DNA of 48,494 nucleotides from Methanosarcinales archaeon (GTDB lineage: Archaea > Halobacteriota > Methanosarcinia > Methanosarcinales > Methanogasteraceae). Under the pieces are notes generated by a model. The model searched no databases and was not told where the DNA came from. It worked only from the letters and a program-made list of their open reading frames with translations. Position numbers and translations under genes: made by a program. The stretch covers positions 1 through 48,494 of the forward strand of contig RXIK01000115.1 of the NCBI GenBank assembly GCA_004211975.1. The letters are read 5' to 3'. Below, in pieces: positions 1 through 9,146 of this stretch; the first letter of the stretch is position 1; each line of letters opens with the position of its first letter.

Positions 1-241
1 GTTGAGTAACGGTCATCCGAATGCCCCGTTCGCAGTATTCGGTAAGTACCACAACTCCGCACTCCTGTCAAGTAAAACTCATAACACACCTCTTGCATTG
101 ATGTGACCGCCCAAAGTTAGGATCCCTCACAAAACCGGACCTGATGATTTCTCCGGATCCGGCTCTTCAGAAAACCCCCGCTCCTTCTTAGGATAGGTTG
201 TGGGTGCGGGTTTGGTGGACCTTCCGAATGCGGATGCCTGC

Positions 242-363
242 CTTGAGGCTATCTGGTTGTTTGCAGATATTAACAATGCCCTGATGGCACTTCCCAACCT
301 GATATGGTTGATTTTGCTGAACCGGATCGCGGGGGAATGGTTAAAGACTATTTTAAAGCGTGA
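242..363 (+). pseudogene. C-terminal fragment of an alanine/glycine:cation symporter (AgcS/AlsT family)
   Basis: Reads LEAIWLFADINNALMALPNLIWLILLN, then after a frameshift VKDYFKA*. This matches the family C-terminal motif W-x-x-ADIxNxLMAxPNL...KDY. No upstream coding part is recognisable. Confidence 0.6.
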
Positions 364-826
364 GTATGGATGAACCAGCGCCAGATCCTCAAAAAACCAG
401 CCATACAGCGATAAAACCGAGAGCCGCGAATAACTACCCGGTTATGTGTGCCTATTGTGATGTTACACACATTGACGTGCTCATAAGCTTGCGAGGCTGG
501 CGGAAAACAGAGATCGGTTAGGTTTAAGTACCATAGCGGTGGGATTATGGTATCGTTGTTGCTTTGTACCAGTGGACTTGCCGGAGCAGACGGTACGGCA
601 AACATGGAATCACTATGTATAGGCTCTGGACTTAAGTCCGGGGTTTAGTAACTGCGGGATGGGGAATTCAGGTGTTGACGTATCGATTAATAGGAATGTT
701 TAAATGCGAGGTCTATCATTCTCATTGGAAAATAGTTGCGTATTATGAAACAGTTTGAATCTTCGATAAATGTTTAATTAGTTTGTATTACAAAATTAAA
801 ATACTTACCGAAAGGAGGAACAGATA

Positions 827-2083
827 ATGAATAACACAACAAAAAAAGAGAAATGGTGGATATATCTCATATTTTTATTTGTAGGCATTATATCAGTATT
901 TGCCGGTTTTTTTATAGGTAGTTTTCCATTATTTGATGGGGGACTGTTAGTAATGTTACTCCCATTACCGATTTGTTCGTTATTATTACACCGTGCTATT
1001 GAAAAGTATGGCACCGAAAAGTACCCTTATACTTTTGTATCTATGGCACTAACTGCATCCATTCTCATTTTCTTAATTGGTTTATTTGGAGGATTCCTTG
1101 CACCAATTGAGTATTTTGGATCTTTTGGGCCTTTCTTTTTACTTTTAATTATATTTGCTATAAGTTTGATTATTTTTAAAAATGATCACCATAAAAAATT
1201 CGCAATAACAGCATTTACAATCTCATTTGCATCAATATTCCTTATCTTTGGTGCCGCTTTTGCATTGAGTGGGTACAATCACGAAATGGCGGCGTGGATC
1301 CATATCCGGGAGATTACCACAATTGATGAGAACACCCCTTACATGGAAATCCATGAACAAGAACTGGAAGCCTTCCCCGGATTTAAAGATGCACTGAATC
1401 AGTACAGGGAATCTGGAGAATGCTATCAGCCTCTTCTTCCTGATGAATGGGGAAATTTAAAGGAATTTTTTGATGAGAAGGATCATAAACACAGATATTT
1501 GTTCACCATTTCACCGGGAATAGACAACAAACTACCTATTACTGATTATGACCAGGATATGAGTCCGATACAATCCAAAAATATTCCGGTGGACTTGAAG
1601 CTCATATTTGAATCCAACAATATTTCCCTTCCGGAAATTGCCTCGATTGGTTATAACGATTACAACCAGAACTGGCGGATACATGAACGGACGTTCCTGT
1701 TCGTCATCGATAATCCGGAGTTGATCGACAATTTGAAAACCATGAAGATCTACGATGGAGACGGTAGTCTGGAAGAGATGGACCTAATAACACTACCTGA
1801 ATTAAACAATACCTTCGAATCAAATGGCTTTTCCACCCAAGAACAATACGGGTTGCACAGGTATGCACAAAATTGGCATATTATCCCGCATACTCCTGAC
1901 GGAGGGTACTTTTACATCTGGGAAGAGAACGGGAATTTAAATGTATATACTAATGAAAATATAACCTATGAGATCTGGAAAGAAGATGGAAACTTGAATG
2001 TATATAAGAAGGACGTGCATGGTAATCCTACAATTTTTGAGGTAGGAGATGACTATTATACCTTTTCATTTTCGCTGGCTTAG
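827..2083 (+). CDS. Membrane protein (about 5 N-terminal TM helices) with a soluble C-terminal region containing an internally repeated module
   Basis: 418-aa ORF preceded by AAGGAGG. Residues 10-148 are hydrophobic. Duplicated motifs: FESNNISL/FESNGFST, QNWRI/QNWHI, IWEENGNLNVY/IWKEDGNLNVY. Confidence 0.85.
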   Translation: MNNTTKKEKWWIYLIFLFVGIISVFAGFFIGSFPLFDGGLLVMLLPLPICSLLLHRAIEKYGTEKYPYTFVSMALTASILIFLIGLFGGFLAPIEYFGSFGPFFLLLIIFAISLIIFKNDHHKKFAITAFTISFASIFLIFGAAFALSGYNHEMAAWIHIREITTIDENTPYMEIHEQELEAFPGFKDALNQYRESGECYQPLLPDEWGNLKEFFDEKDHKHRYLFTISPGIDNKLPITDYDQDMSPIQSKNIPVDLKLIFESNNISLPEIASIGYNDYNQNWRIHERTFLFVIDNPELIDNLKTMKIYDGDGSLEEMDLITLPELNNTFESNGFSTQEQYGLHRYAQNWHIIPHTPDGGYFYIWEENGNLNVYTNENITYEIWKEDGNLNVYKKDVHGNPTIFEVGDDYYTFSFSLA

Positions 2084-2356
2084 TGAATAATATGTAAAAG
2101 TATTATATTCCCGTTTTTATCCAAAATGCCCGGACAAAGCATAACGCCGTCCGGGGTCTTTGACTTAGAAAGGTGGTAATAAAAGCATGAAAAAAGGAGA
2201 AACGTCCAAATGTATGCCTGTGCGCAGTACTGCGGATACACCACCAAAATGGAAGGATATGTACAATGCAGATATACCTAAGTTATGTTAAATTCCAAAC
2301 TTTTTAATAATGAAAAACAAAAAAAAACAAGATTAACGAAGGAAAGCATAAAAACA

Positions 2357-2404
2357 AGCCCCGCCCGAAGGGCAGTTTTTGATAAAACTTTTGTGAAAAG
2401 TTTT
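2357..2404 (-). repeat. 48-bp two-hairpin dispersed repeat, copy 1
   Basis: Reverse complement AAAACTTTT-CAC-AAAAGTTTT ATC AAAAACT GCCC-TTC-GGGC GGGGCT aligns with 36015-36062. Confidence 0.65.
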
Positions 2405-2543
2405 CTTGAGAACTGTGGAGTTCGGCGACCTGTCGTGTGATTTGGGGTGCTGTCACGAATTGCATTGTGGGTCAATCATTATGTTTTGACTGTGCGTATT
2501 TCAAACCGAAATCTATTTATGCCAGTCTTTTCATGGACACCAT

Positions 2544-2567
2544 GATTCACCTGATAGGGGGTGAATC
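2544..2567. promoter_or_regulatory. Inverted repeat (candidate operator or leader hairpin) upstream of the Mo/W surface-protein cluster
   Basis: GATTCACC-N8-GGTGAATC lies between a TATA-like TATTTAT (about 2514-2520) and the AAGGAGG ribosome-binding site. Confidence 0.35.
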
Positions 2568-2585
2568 GAAAGGAGGTAGACCGAA

Positions 2586-4709
2586 ATGAGAAAATGTACA
2601 ATATTAACAATGCTGCTTTGCATTGTCATGATCGGCTCGGCGGTGCCTGTATTGGCAGCGACGACAGAGGTGAACGTAACAAAGTATGCCTCGGATGAAA
2701 TAATGGTTTTGAACGAAACAACAGTAGCATACCGGTGGATGGAGACGAATCTGGCGGTGCAGGGTGATGGTGCAGCCGAGTATTTCCATCAGGGACCTGT
2801 ATTTGAGGGGGATCCCTGGGATCCGGCTGAAACCTTGAATATTAAGAGTAAGGGAATTGTGAAGGGAACCGATGTTAGGGACCTGTGTGATCTGGTTGGC
2901 GGGATGTCTCCGGGTGATGAGATCGGGATTATCGCATCGGATGGGTTCAGCAAGCGGTTTGGCTACGAAAATGTGTATGATCCGAAATCCCTGCAGGGAC
3001 CGATGGTTCTCTGCTGGTATAATGAGGGAACTTATGTTCCTGATTACGATGTGGGGATGCAGCTTGTCTTCTTCGCGGACGATTACACATTTGGCAATTG
3101 GGACATGCATGAATGCATGGCTCCGGAATACCGGTACAATTACAGTGGTGTTTCCCCATCCTCAAACGGACTATCAGTAAGGGATGTCTCGGATATAGCG
3201 ATATACAGCAATGAAACAGCAGAAACCGCGTGGAGTCTTGAACTTAGCGGGGCGATAGACGAGACAATGAGTAAAGCAGCGTTTGAGAAGGGCGTGGCTT
3301 GTCACGACGACTTTTCGTACACTGACTCTGAAGGTATGACCTGGACTGGTGTTCCGCTCTGGTACTTGTTGGCAAGAGTGGATGACACCGATGCTCATGG
3401 CAGCGGTTCGTTTAATGATGCGCTTGCAGGTGAGGGATACGACGTCATAATCACGGCGTGTGACGGATACAGTAAGACTTTCAGTTCAGTAGATCTGGCA
3501 AGAAACGATAGTTATATTGTTGCGTGTTACCTGAATGGCTCGGATCTGCCAGAGCTAACCGACAGTGGAAAGCCGCTGGCGCCGCTCAAGCTTGTTGGAT
3601 CCGGTCTTAGCAGCGGACAGATGATCGGGAACATCGCAGAGATCGTGCTGGATGTGGGGGCTGCCCCGGCTAAAGCAGATCTCACCCTGATTGGTAATGG
3701 GACAAAGACCTACAGCCTTGATGAGGTCAGGGCGATGCCATCATACGCCGCAGGCGGCGGATTTAAGAAATCAACAGGTGTGGTGGTTGGACCATTTAAT
3801 TATACTGGTGTTAACATCACGCATCTCGCGGATATTGTTGGCGGGATTGCGCCTTCGAACAGCATGAAGATAACAGCCTCGGATGGCTATTCGATGACCT
3901 ACACGTACGAGCAGGCGATGGGTGATATTGCCACGTACGAGGGAACCAACGGACCCATGACCATGGTCATAGCGTATGCGGAGGATGGAAATCCAATATT
4001 GTCTGATGGTGGTGGACCGCTCAGGATTGCTTTTGTGGGGTCTGATTCGCCAATTACCGATGGGCATTTCTGGTGCAAATACATAAATAAGATCGAGATT
4101 CTGGGCGGTGTTTCTGACTGGAATCTGACGCTGACAGGCGCAATCAGGGACATATCTGACCGATCAACGATTGAGTCCTGTGTGGGATGCCACAGAACCA
4201 GCTGGACCGATGGTAGCAGTCAGGAGTGGAGCGGGATACCGCTCTGGTTGCTTGTTGGTGTTGTGGACGATAGCATGAATGAGACCGCTAAACACTACTT
4301 TAACGACACGGTCGCAGACACCGGGTACAATGTGACCGTCGCAGCGGGCGATGGGTACTGCAAGACATTCAACAGCACAATTGTCACCCGCAACGATGAA
4401 CTCATCCTCGCAAATGAACTGAATGGAACAGCACTTCCGCAGGAGTGCTCGCCACTTAAACTCGTTGGACCTAATCTTACGAAGAGTGAGATGGTAAGCG
4501 GCGTTGCTGAGATGCGCATCCCTGAGTTGATGGTGCGTGGCGACGCCAACCATGATGGAGAACTCACGACTGCTGATGCGGTGCTTGCCATGCGGATGGC
4601 TGTTGGCAGTGTCAAGACCGATCTTGTGGCTGATATGAACAGGGATGGAGAGGTCACACCTGTGGACGTACTGATGATTTTGCAGACGGTGTACCTGCAG
4701 TCGAGTTAG
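2586..4709 (+). CDS. Secreted protein with four tandem molybdopterin-oxidoreductase (sulfite oxidase/MsrP fold)-like domains and a C-terminal dockerin
   Basis: Signal peptide. Repeated WxGVPL / AxDGY / PL[KR][LI]V-type motifs. C-terminal GDANHDGELTTADAV...ADMNRDGEVTPVDVLMIL is a duplicated Ca-binding dockerin repeat. Confidence 0.75.
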   Translation: MRKCTILTMLLCIVMIGSAVPVLAATTEVNVTKYASDEIMVLNETTVAYRWMETNLAVQGDGAAEYFHQGPVFEGDPWDPAETLNIKSKGIVKGTDVRDLCDLVGGMSPGDEIGIIASDGFSKRFGYENVYDPKSLQGPMVLCWYNEGTYVPDYDVGMQLVFFADDYTFGNWDMHECMAPEYRYNYSGVSPSSNGLSVRDVSDIAIYSNETAETAWSLELSGAIDETMSKAAFEKGVACHDDFSYTDSEGMTWTGVPLWYLLARVDDTDAHGSGSFNDALAGEGYDVIITACDGYSKTFSSVDLARNDSYIVACYLNGSDLPELTDSGKPLAPLKLVGSGLSSGQMIGNIAEIVLDVGAAPAKADLTLIGNGTKTYSLDEVRAMPSYAAGGGFKKSTGVVVGPFNYTGVNITHLADIVGGIAPSNSMKITASDGYSMTYTYEQAMGDIATYEGTNGPMTMVIAYAEDGNPILSDGGGPLRIAFVGSDSPITDGHFWCKYINKIEILGGVSDWNLTLTGAIRDISDRSTIESCVGCHRTSWTDGSSQEWSGIPLWLLVGVVDDSMNETAKHYFNDTVADTGYNVTVAAGDGYCKTFNSTIVTRNDELILANELNGTALPQECSPLKLVGPNLTKSEMVSGVAEMRIPELMVRGDANHDGELTTADAVLAMRMAVGSVKTDLVADMNRDGEVTPVDVLMILQTVYLQSS

Positions 4710-4738
4710 AGGAGTTAAACGGGTCAGGAGCAACAGTG

Positions 4739-6202
4739 ATGAAACGAGCGACATTAGCAATACCGGTGCAGTTGATACTGTGCGGTATTGCGCTCCTGCT
4801 CTTAATCTTGATCTCAATGCTTCCGCTTCCAGCGCAGGCAGCAGAATCAACAACCAATGTCAAGGTGGTAAAGTACGCCTCTGATGGGACAACCGTTCTC
4901 GGGAACACGACTGTGACCTCCGGCTGGATGGAGGAGAATCTGCCGGTTTACGGGGATGGTGTTACGCATTACTTCCATCAGGGACCGATATTTGACTCGC
5001 CGCCCGGACCGTGGGATGAGAACGAGACCGTGAACTACAAGGACAAAGGTGCCGTAAAAGGAACCGATGTGAGAGACCTCTGTGATCTGGTCGGGGGCAT
5101 GTCAGACGGAGATGAGATAAAGATCCGAGCATCTGACGGTTTTAACAAGCGGTTTGGCTACGAGAATGTCTATGACCCGCCATCGGGACAAGGACCGATG
5201 GTTCTCTGCTGGTACAAAGATGGAACTTACGTTCCTGATTACGATGCTGGGATGCAGATCATCTTCTTTGCAGATGACCACATATTCGGCAACTGGGACA
5301 TGCACGAATGCATGGCTCCGGAATACCGGTATAATTACAGCAGCGAATATCCTTCCGCAAACGGATTGTCTGTACGGTTCATCTCCGATATAGTGGTGTA
5401 CAGCACGATGGAACCGCCGGAACTACGCTCAATTGAGGTTTCACCAGCCAGCGTGACGCTGGATATTGGTGGCAAGCAGCAGTTTGCAGGAACCGCTTAT
5501 GATCAATACGGAAAAGAGATTACAGGAATTACCTTAACATGGACAAGCAGCAGCGAAACTGTAGGGACTGTTGATGAAACCGGTTTATTTACCGTGATCG
5601 CTGCTGGCGGGACTGTGGTGACCGTAGAGAATGGTGGCATAACAGGAACAGCAGACGTGACTGTGAAGAGTCCGGCGGCAACACCTACGCCGACCCCAAC
5701 CCCCACCCCGGTCCTGACGACAATCACGGTCTCGCCGGCAAGGGCAACACTGAATGCCGGTGAGACACAGCAGTTCATGGCAGCCGCACGCGATCAGGAC
5801 GATCACGAGATCTCCAACATCGATTTTACGTGGACAAGCGAAAACAAGACCGTTGGAACGGTTAACCACGCAGGAATGTTCACTGCAACCGTATCTGGCA
5901 AGACAATGGTAGGAGCGGAGGCGGGAGGTATGACCGGAGTTGCGGACGCGATAGTGACAGGTCCGGAACCCGCACCAACCGAAACGCCAACCGCGGTAAT
6001 ACCGGCGCCGACACCAGCACCGGCTGAAACATCACCTGCATACGAAACACCCACTTCAAATACCCTGCCACCACCCACAACACCCCCCGCACTAAAAGCA
6101 ACGCCGGAATCAACAGGATTCGGGTCGCCCGGATCCGGGGGTATGCTTACGATCATAGGGATGCTGGCGGTGGCTTATGCAGTCAAGCGAAGGGGCGCGT
6201 GA
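4739..6202 (+). CDS. Secreted paralog: one oxidoreductase-like domain, two Ig-like (Big_2-type) domains, PT linkers and a PGF-CTERM-like anchor
   Basis: N-terminal domain is nearly collinear with domain 1 of 2586-4709 (HQGP, KGTDVRDLCDLVGGM, GPMVLCWY, FGNWDMHEC). Two IxVSPA...WTS...VGTV repeats. C-terminal TGFG, TM helix and KRR. Confidence 0.8.
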   Translation: MKRATLAIPVQLILCGIALLLLILISMLPLPAQAAESTTNVKVVKYASDGTTVLGNTTVTSGWMEENLPVYGDGVTHYFHQGPIFDSPPGPWDENETVNYKDKGAVKGTDVRDLCDLVGGMSDGDEIKIRASDGFNKRFGYENVYDPPSGQGPMVLCWYKDGTYVPDYDAGMQIIFFADDHIFGNWDMHECMAPEYRYNYSSEYPSANGLSVRFISDIVVYSTMEPPELRSIEVSPASVTLDIGGKQQFAGTAYDQYGKEITGITLTWTSSSETVGTVDETGLFTVIAAGGTVVTVENGGITGTADVTVKSPAATPTPTPTPTPVLTTITVSPARATLNAGETQQFMAAARDQDDHEISNIDFTWTSENKTVGTVNHAGMFTATVSGKTMVGAEAGGMTGVADAIVTGPEPAPTETPTAVIPAPTPAPAETSPAYETPTSNTLPPPTTPPALKATPESTGFGSPGSGGMLTIIGMLAVAYAVKRRGA

Positions 6203-6432
6203 GTGGCTCTAAAACGCTCACTTAAAAATCATAATAAGAGAACTGAGAGGTCAGATAGCGCTCACAGAAATACGGATGAAGATTGTTGAGTACATCCATG
6301 GGAATAGACAGATTATAACAGGAGAATCGGTAAAGATGTTTAATATTTCAAGGCATGTAGTTCTTAGAGCGTTATCCCGGCTCGCTCTGTTGGAAGTGAT
6401 CGAACCGGAAGGCAGGGTGCGAGGTGCTTATT

Positions 6433-7266
6433 ATGCCGTCGCTTAGTGGTTGTCATTCTGGTTGTCGTTTATCCGGACTCCGCCCCCTCAAACACACTCA
6501 AAGAACGCTTTCGCTCTTCCTGCTCCTGCTGCTGCTGTTCTGCGCAACATCACTTGCAGCCGGGCAGACTGAAGCGGTTCGCGTGGTGCTGTGTGCTGAG
6601 GACGGATCGGTCATGAACGAGACAACTGTAGCATATCAGTGGATGGAGGCGAATTTACCGGTTTATGGGGATGGAACAACGCATTATTATCATCAGGGAC
6701 CGGTTTTTGAGGGTGATAAATGGGATCGAAACGAAACAACAAATTTTAAGGATAAGGGTGCCGTGAAAGGAACTGATATCAGAGATCTCTGTGATCTGGT
6801 GGGCGGGGTTTCGCCGGGTGATGATGTCATGGTCCATGCAGTGGATGGTTATCATGTGGAGTTCTGCTATGAAAACGTTTATTCTCCGCAGCAACGGCAG
6901 GGACCGATGGTTCTCTGCTGGTATGATGGTGAGACTGGGTATCCGCCTGACTATTTCGCGGGGTTGCGCATTGTCTTCTTTGCAGATGATATGGTCTTTG
7001 GGAACTGGGACATGCATGAGTGCCTGCCTCTGAAGAGCCAGCATTTCTTCGGAGACCTTAAGCCATCGACGGGCGGGCTTTCGGTGAGATGGGTTGATGA
7101 GATTGGGATATATGCGGGTGGGTACACGGGCGAGCATGGGGGTCCGGCAAAGTCGATGCCCACGCAGACACCGGGATCAAGTCAGGCGCCTGGTTTTGGA
7201 GCTGTGTCCGCAACCACTGGGTTGTTGTTGGTCGCGTTCATCTTGAGGTGGGGGAGGGTGCGATGA
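6433..7266 (+). CDS. Secreted paralog with a single oxidoreductase-like domain and PGF-CTERM sorting signal
   Basis: Same HQGP / KGTDIRDLCDLVGG / FGNWDMHEC domain. Ends APGFGAV, TM helix, RWGRVR. GAGGTG lies upstream of ATG 6433. Confidence 0.8.
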   Translation: MPSLSGCHSGCRLSGLRPLKHTQRTLSLFLLLLLLFCATSLAAGQTEAVRVVLCAEDGSVMNETTVAYQWMEANLPVYGDGTTHYYHQGPVFEGDKWDRNETTNFKDKGAVKGTDIRDLCDLVGGVSPGDDVMVHAVDGYHVEFCYENVYSPQQRQGPMVLCWYDGETGYPPDYFAGLRIVFFADDMVFGNWDMHECLPLKSQHFFGDLKPSTGGLSVRWVDEIGIYAGGYTGEHGGPAKSMPTQTPGSSQAPGFGAVSATTGLLLVAFILRWGRVR

Positions 7267-7811
7267 AACCCCCAATTCCAATTCTTATTATGTGCATCGT
7301 TGCAATCGCTGCAACTGCATGTCTGCACCCATCCGGAACTGAGGATGAGATGATCGAGTGCAACCTGACATTGGTTGGTGATTGCACGCGGGTGCTCTCG
7401 TATGATGAGATCCGTGCGATTCCGTCCTGTGAGGGGCGCGGTGGATTCTTCACGACCGTTGGCATCGTAAACGGACCGTTTGAATGCAGAGGAGTTTCTT
7501 TGGAAGAGCTGTGTGACCTTGTTGGTGGAATCAACGCAACCGACACCGTGTGGATACGTGCGTCTGACGGATACCTGATGGTCTTCAACCGCGATCAGGT
7601 CCGGGGTGATTTTATCACCTACAATCCTGTGACGATGAGGGAGGTTCCGCACATCGAGCCTGAGGTGATGCTGATGTATGAGCAGGACGGGGGTTTGCTT
7701 TCCATGGATACGGGCGGACCGCTCAGGGTTGCCATCGTTTCAAGGGGCGAACTCTTAACAGAAGGGCATTACTGGGTTCAGTGGGTGGACACAATCGAGA
7801 TTATGAAATGA
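7263..7811 (+). CDS. Probable lipoprotein with a molybdopterin-oxidoreductase-like domain
   Basis: ATGA overlap with the upstream stop. Lipobox-like ATAC. Paralogous to domain 3 of 2586-4709 (LTL.G, GPF..xGV, ASDGY, GGPLR, T[ED]GH[YF]W). Confidence 0.75.
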   Translation: MKPPIPILIMCIVAIAATACLHPSGTEDEMIECNLTLVGDCTRVLSYDEIRAIPSCEGRGGFFTTVGIVNGPFECRGVSLEELCDLVGGINATDTVWIRASDGYLMVFNRDQVRGDFITYNPVTMREVPHIEPEVMLMYEQDGGLLSMDTGGPLRVAIVSRGELLTEGHYWVQWVDTIEIMK

Positions 7812-8842
7812 AAGCAACACCAATAGTGGTTCTGGTATTAATCATCGCTGTGATTGTTGCAGCCATATTCCTGCCAGACACTACTGAGAAAACAGAACTG
7901 CTGGTTGTCCATGCGGGAAGTCTGATCATACCCTTTGCAGAGATGGAAAAACAGTTTGAAAGCCAGAATCCGGGTGTTGATGTGCGGATGGAAGGGCACG
8001 GCAGCATCCAGGCGATCAGGCAGGTGACAGATATCCACCGACAGGTGGACGTGCTCGTGGTTGCAGATGAAAACCTGATTCCCGACATGATGTATCCTGC
8101 ATACGCGGACTGGCACGTGCGGTTTGCAACAAACCGGATGGTGCTTGCGTACACTAACAGGAGCAGATACGCAGGTGTGATCAACGGCTCAAACTGGCAC
8201 GAGATTCTTATGCGCCCTGAGGTCACGTTTGGATTCTCAAACCCCATGCTTGATGCATGTGGGTACAGAACGCTGATGGTGGCACAACTGGCTGAATCAT
8301 ACTATGGTAATCAGACGATCTTCCGGAACCTGATCGCATGCAATTTCAACCCCACATTCTCTGTTGTTAGGGATGGCGACACCGCAACCGTGGTTGTGCC
8401 CGAGATACTTGATCCGCGAGCAAAAAAAGTTGTTATCAGGGGTGGAAGCGTGCAGCTCCTGGCGCTACTTGAGCTTGGGGAGATTGACTACATCTTCGAG
8501 TACCGTAGCGTTTCAGAGCAGCATGGACTGCGGTTTGTTAAGCTGCCCCCCGAAATTGACTTGAGCACCCCTGATAACGAGGCTATGTATGAGAATGTCG
8601 GCGTTGATCTTGGATTTCGGCGTTTCACATCGGTTGGAACCAGACGAACCGGCAAACCAATCTTTTATGCGATAACAATCCCAAAAGACGCCCCACACCC
8701 CAAACTTGCTATGGAGTTTATGGAGTTTGTGACAAGCGAAGAAGGACGGAGAGTGCTTCAGGCGATGGGGCAGCCCACCGTTCCTCCGATTGCGGATAAT
8801 CCGGATAAGATGCCTGCTGGGCTGAGAGGCGCGGACGAATAA
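7808..8842 (+). CDS. wtpA: Tungstate/molybdate ABC transporter substrate-binding protein, WtpA family
   Basis: Motifs HAGSL, GSIQAIRQVTD, FATNRMVLAYT, FSNPMLDACGYR, DYIFEYRSV, GKPIFYAITIP. ATGA overlap with the upstream gene. N-terminal membrane anchor. Confidence 0.85.
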   Translation: MKATPIVVLVLIIAVIVAAIFLPDTTEKTELLVVHAGSLIIPFAEMEKQFESQNPGVDVRMEGHGSIQAIRQVTDIHRQVDVLVVADENLIPDMMYPAYADWHVRFATNRMVLAYTNRSRYAGVINGSNWHEILMRPEVTFGFSNPMLDACGYRTLMVAQLAESYYGNQTIFRNLIACNFNPTFSVVRDGDTATVVVPEILDPRAKKVVIRGGSVQLLALLELGEIDYIFEYRSVSEQHGLRFVKLPPEIDLSTPDNEAMYENVGVDLGFRRFTSVGTRRTGKPIFYAITIPKDAPHPKLAMEFMEFVTSEEGRRVLQAMGQPTVPPIADNPDKMPAGLRGADE

Positions 8843-8856
8843 CACGGTCTAATCAA

Positions 8857-8864
8857 TTTTTTTT
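8857..8864 (+). terminator. Archaeal oligo-T terminator candidate
   Basis: T8 tract 14 nt after the wtpA stop. Confidence 0.4.
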
Positions 8865-9146
8865 GAGAGTTTCTTTGCTTTTCAGCTCTGGTTCTGGCAG
8901 ATCGCTCTTGACAAGGGTTGAATGCAGATGTGCGGATTCAACTATGTTGGGTCTGCTGTGGAAGATGGCTCAGCAACAGAAATTAGATATAAGGATGAGA
9001 ATACTGTTTATATGTTCTGTTTTATTAATCAAACTCCTTTGAAGGTATCTGATCCGGAGCACGACCGGGATTGTGGGATATGCGGATGAACGGGAATTTC
9101 TGGGGGGGTGTTTGCATATCCCATTTTCTCGGGGTTAGCCAAGCAC

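Noticed and set aside
2187-2291. Short ORF MKKGETSKC... after AGGTGG
   Set aside because: Only 34 codons with no recognisable family. It may be a decayed gene but cannot be supported.
4164-4853. 229-aa minus-strand ORF, and similar antisense ORFs such as 38075-38764 and 40808-41410
   Set aside because: They lie opposite well-supported genes and have no recognisable motifs.
5680-5710. ACNCCN tandem repeats
   Set aside because: They encode an ordinary Pro-Thr linker of a surface protein.
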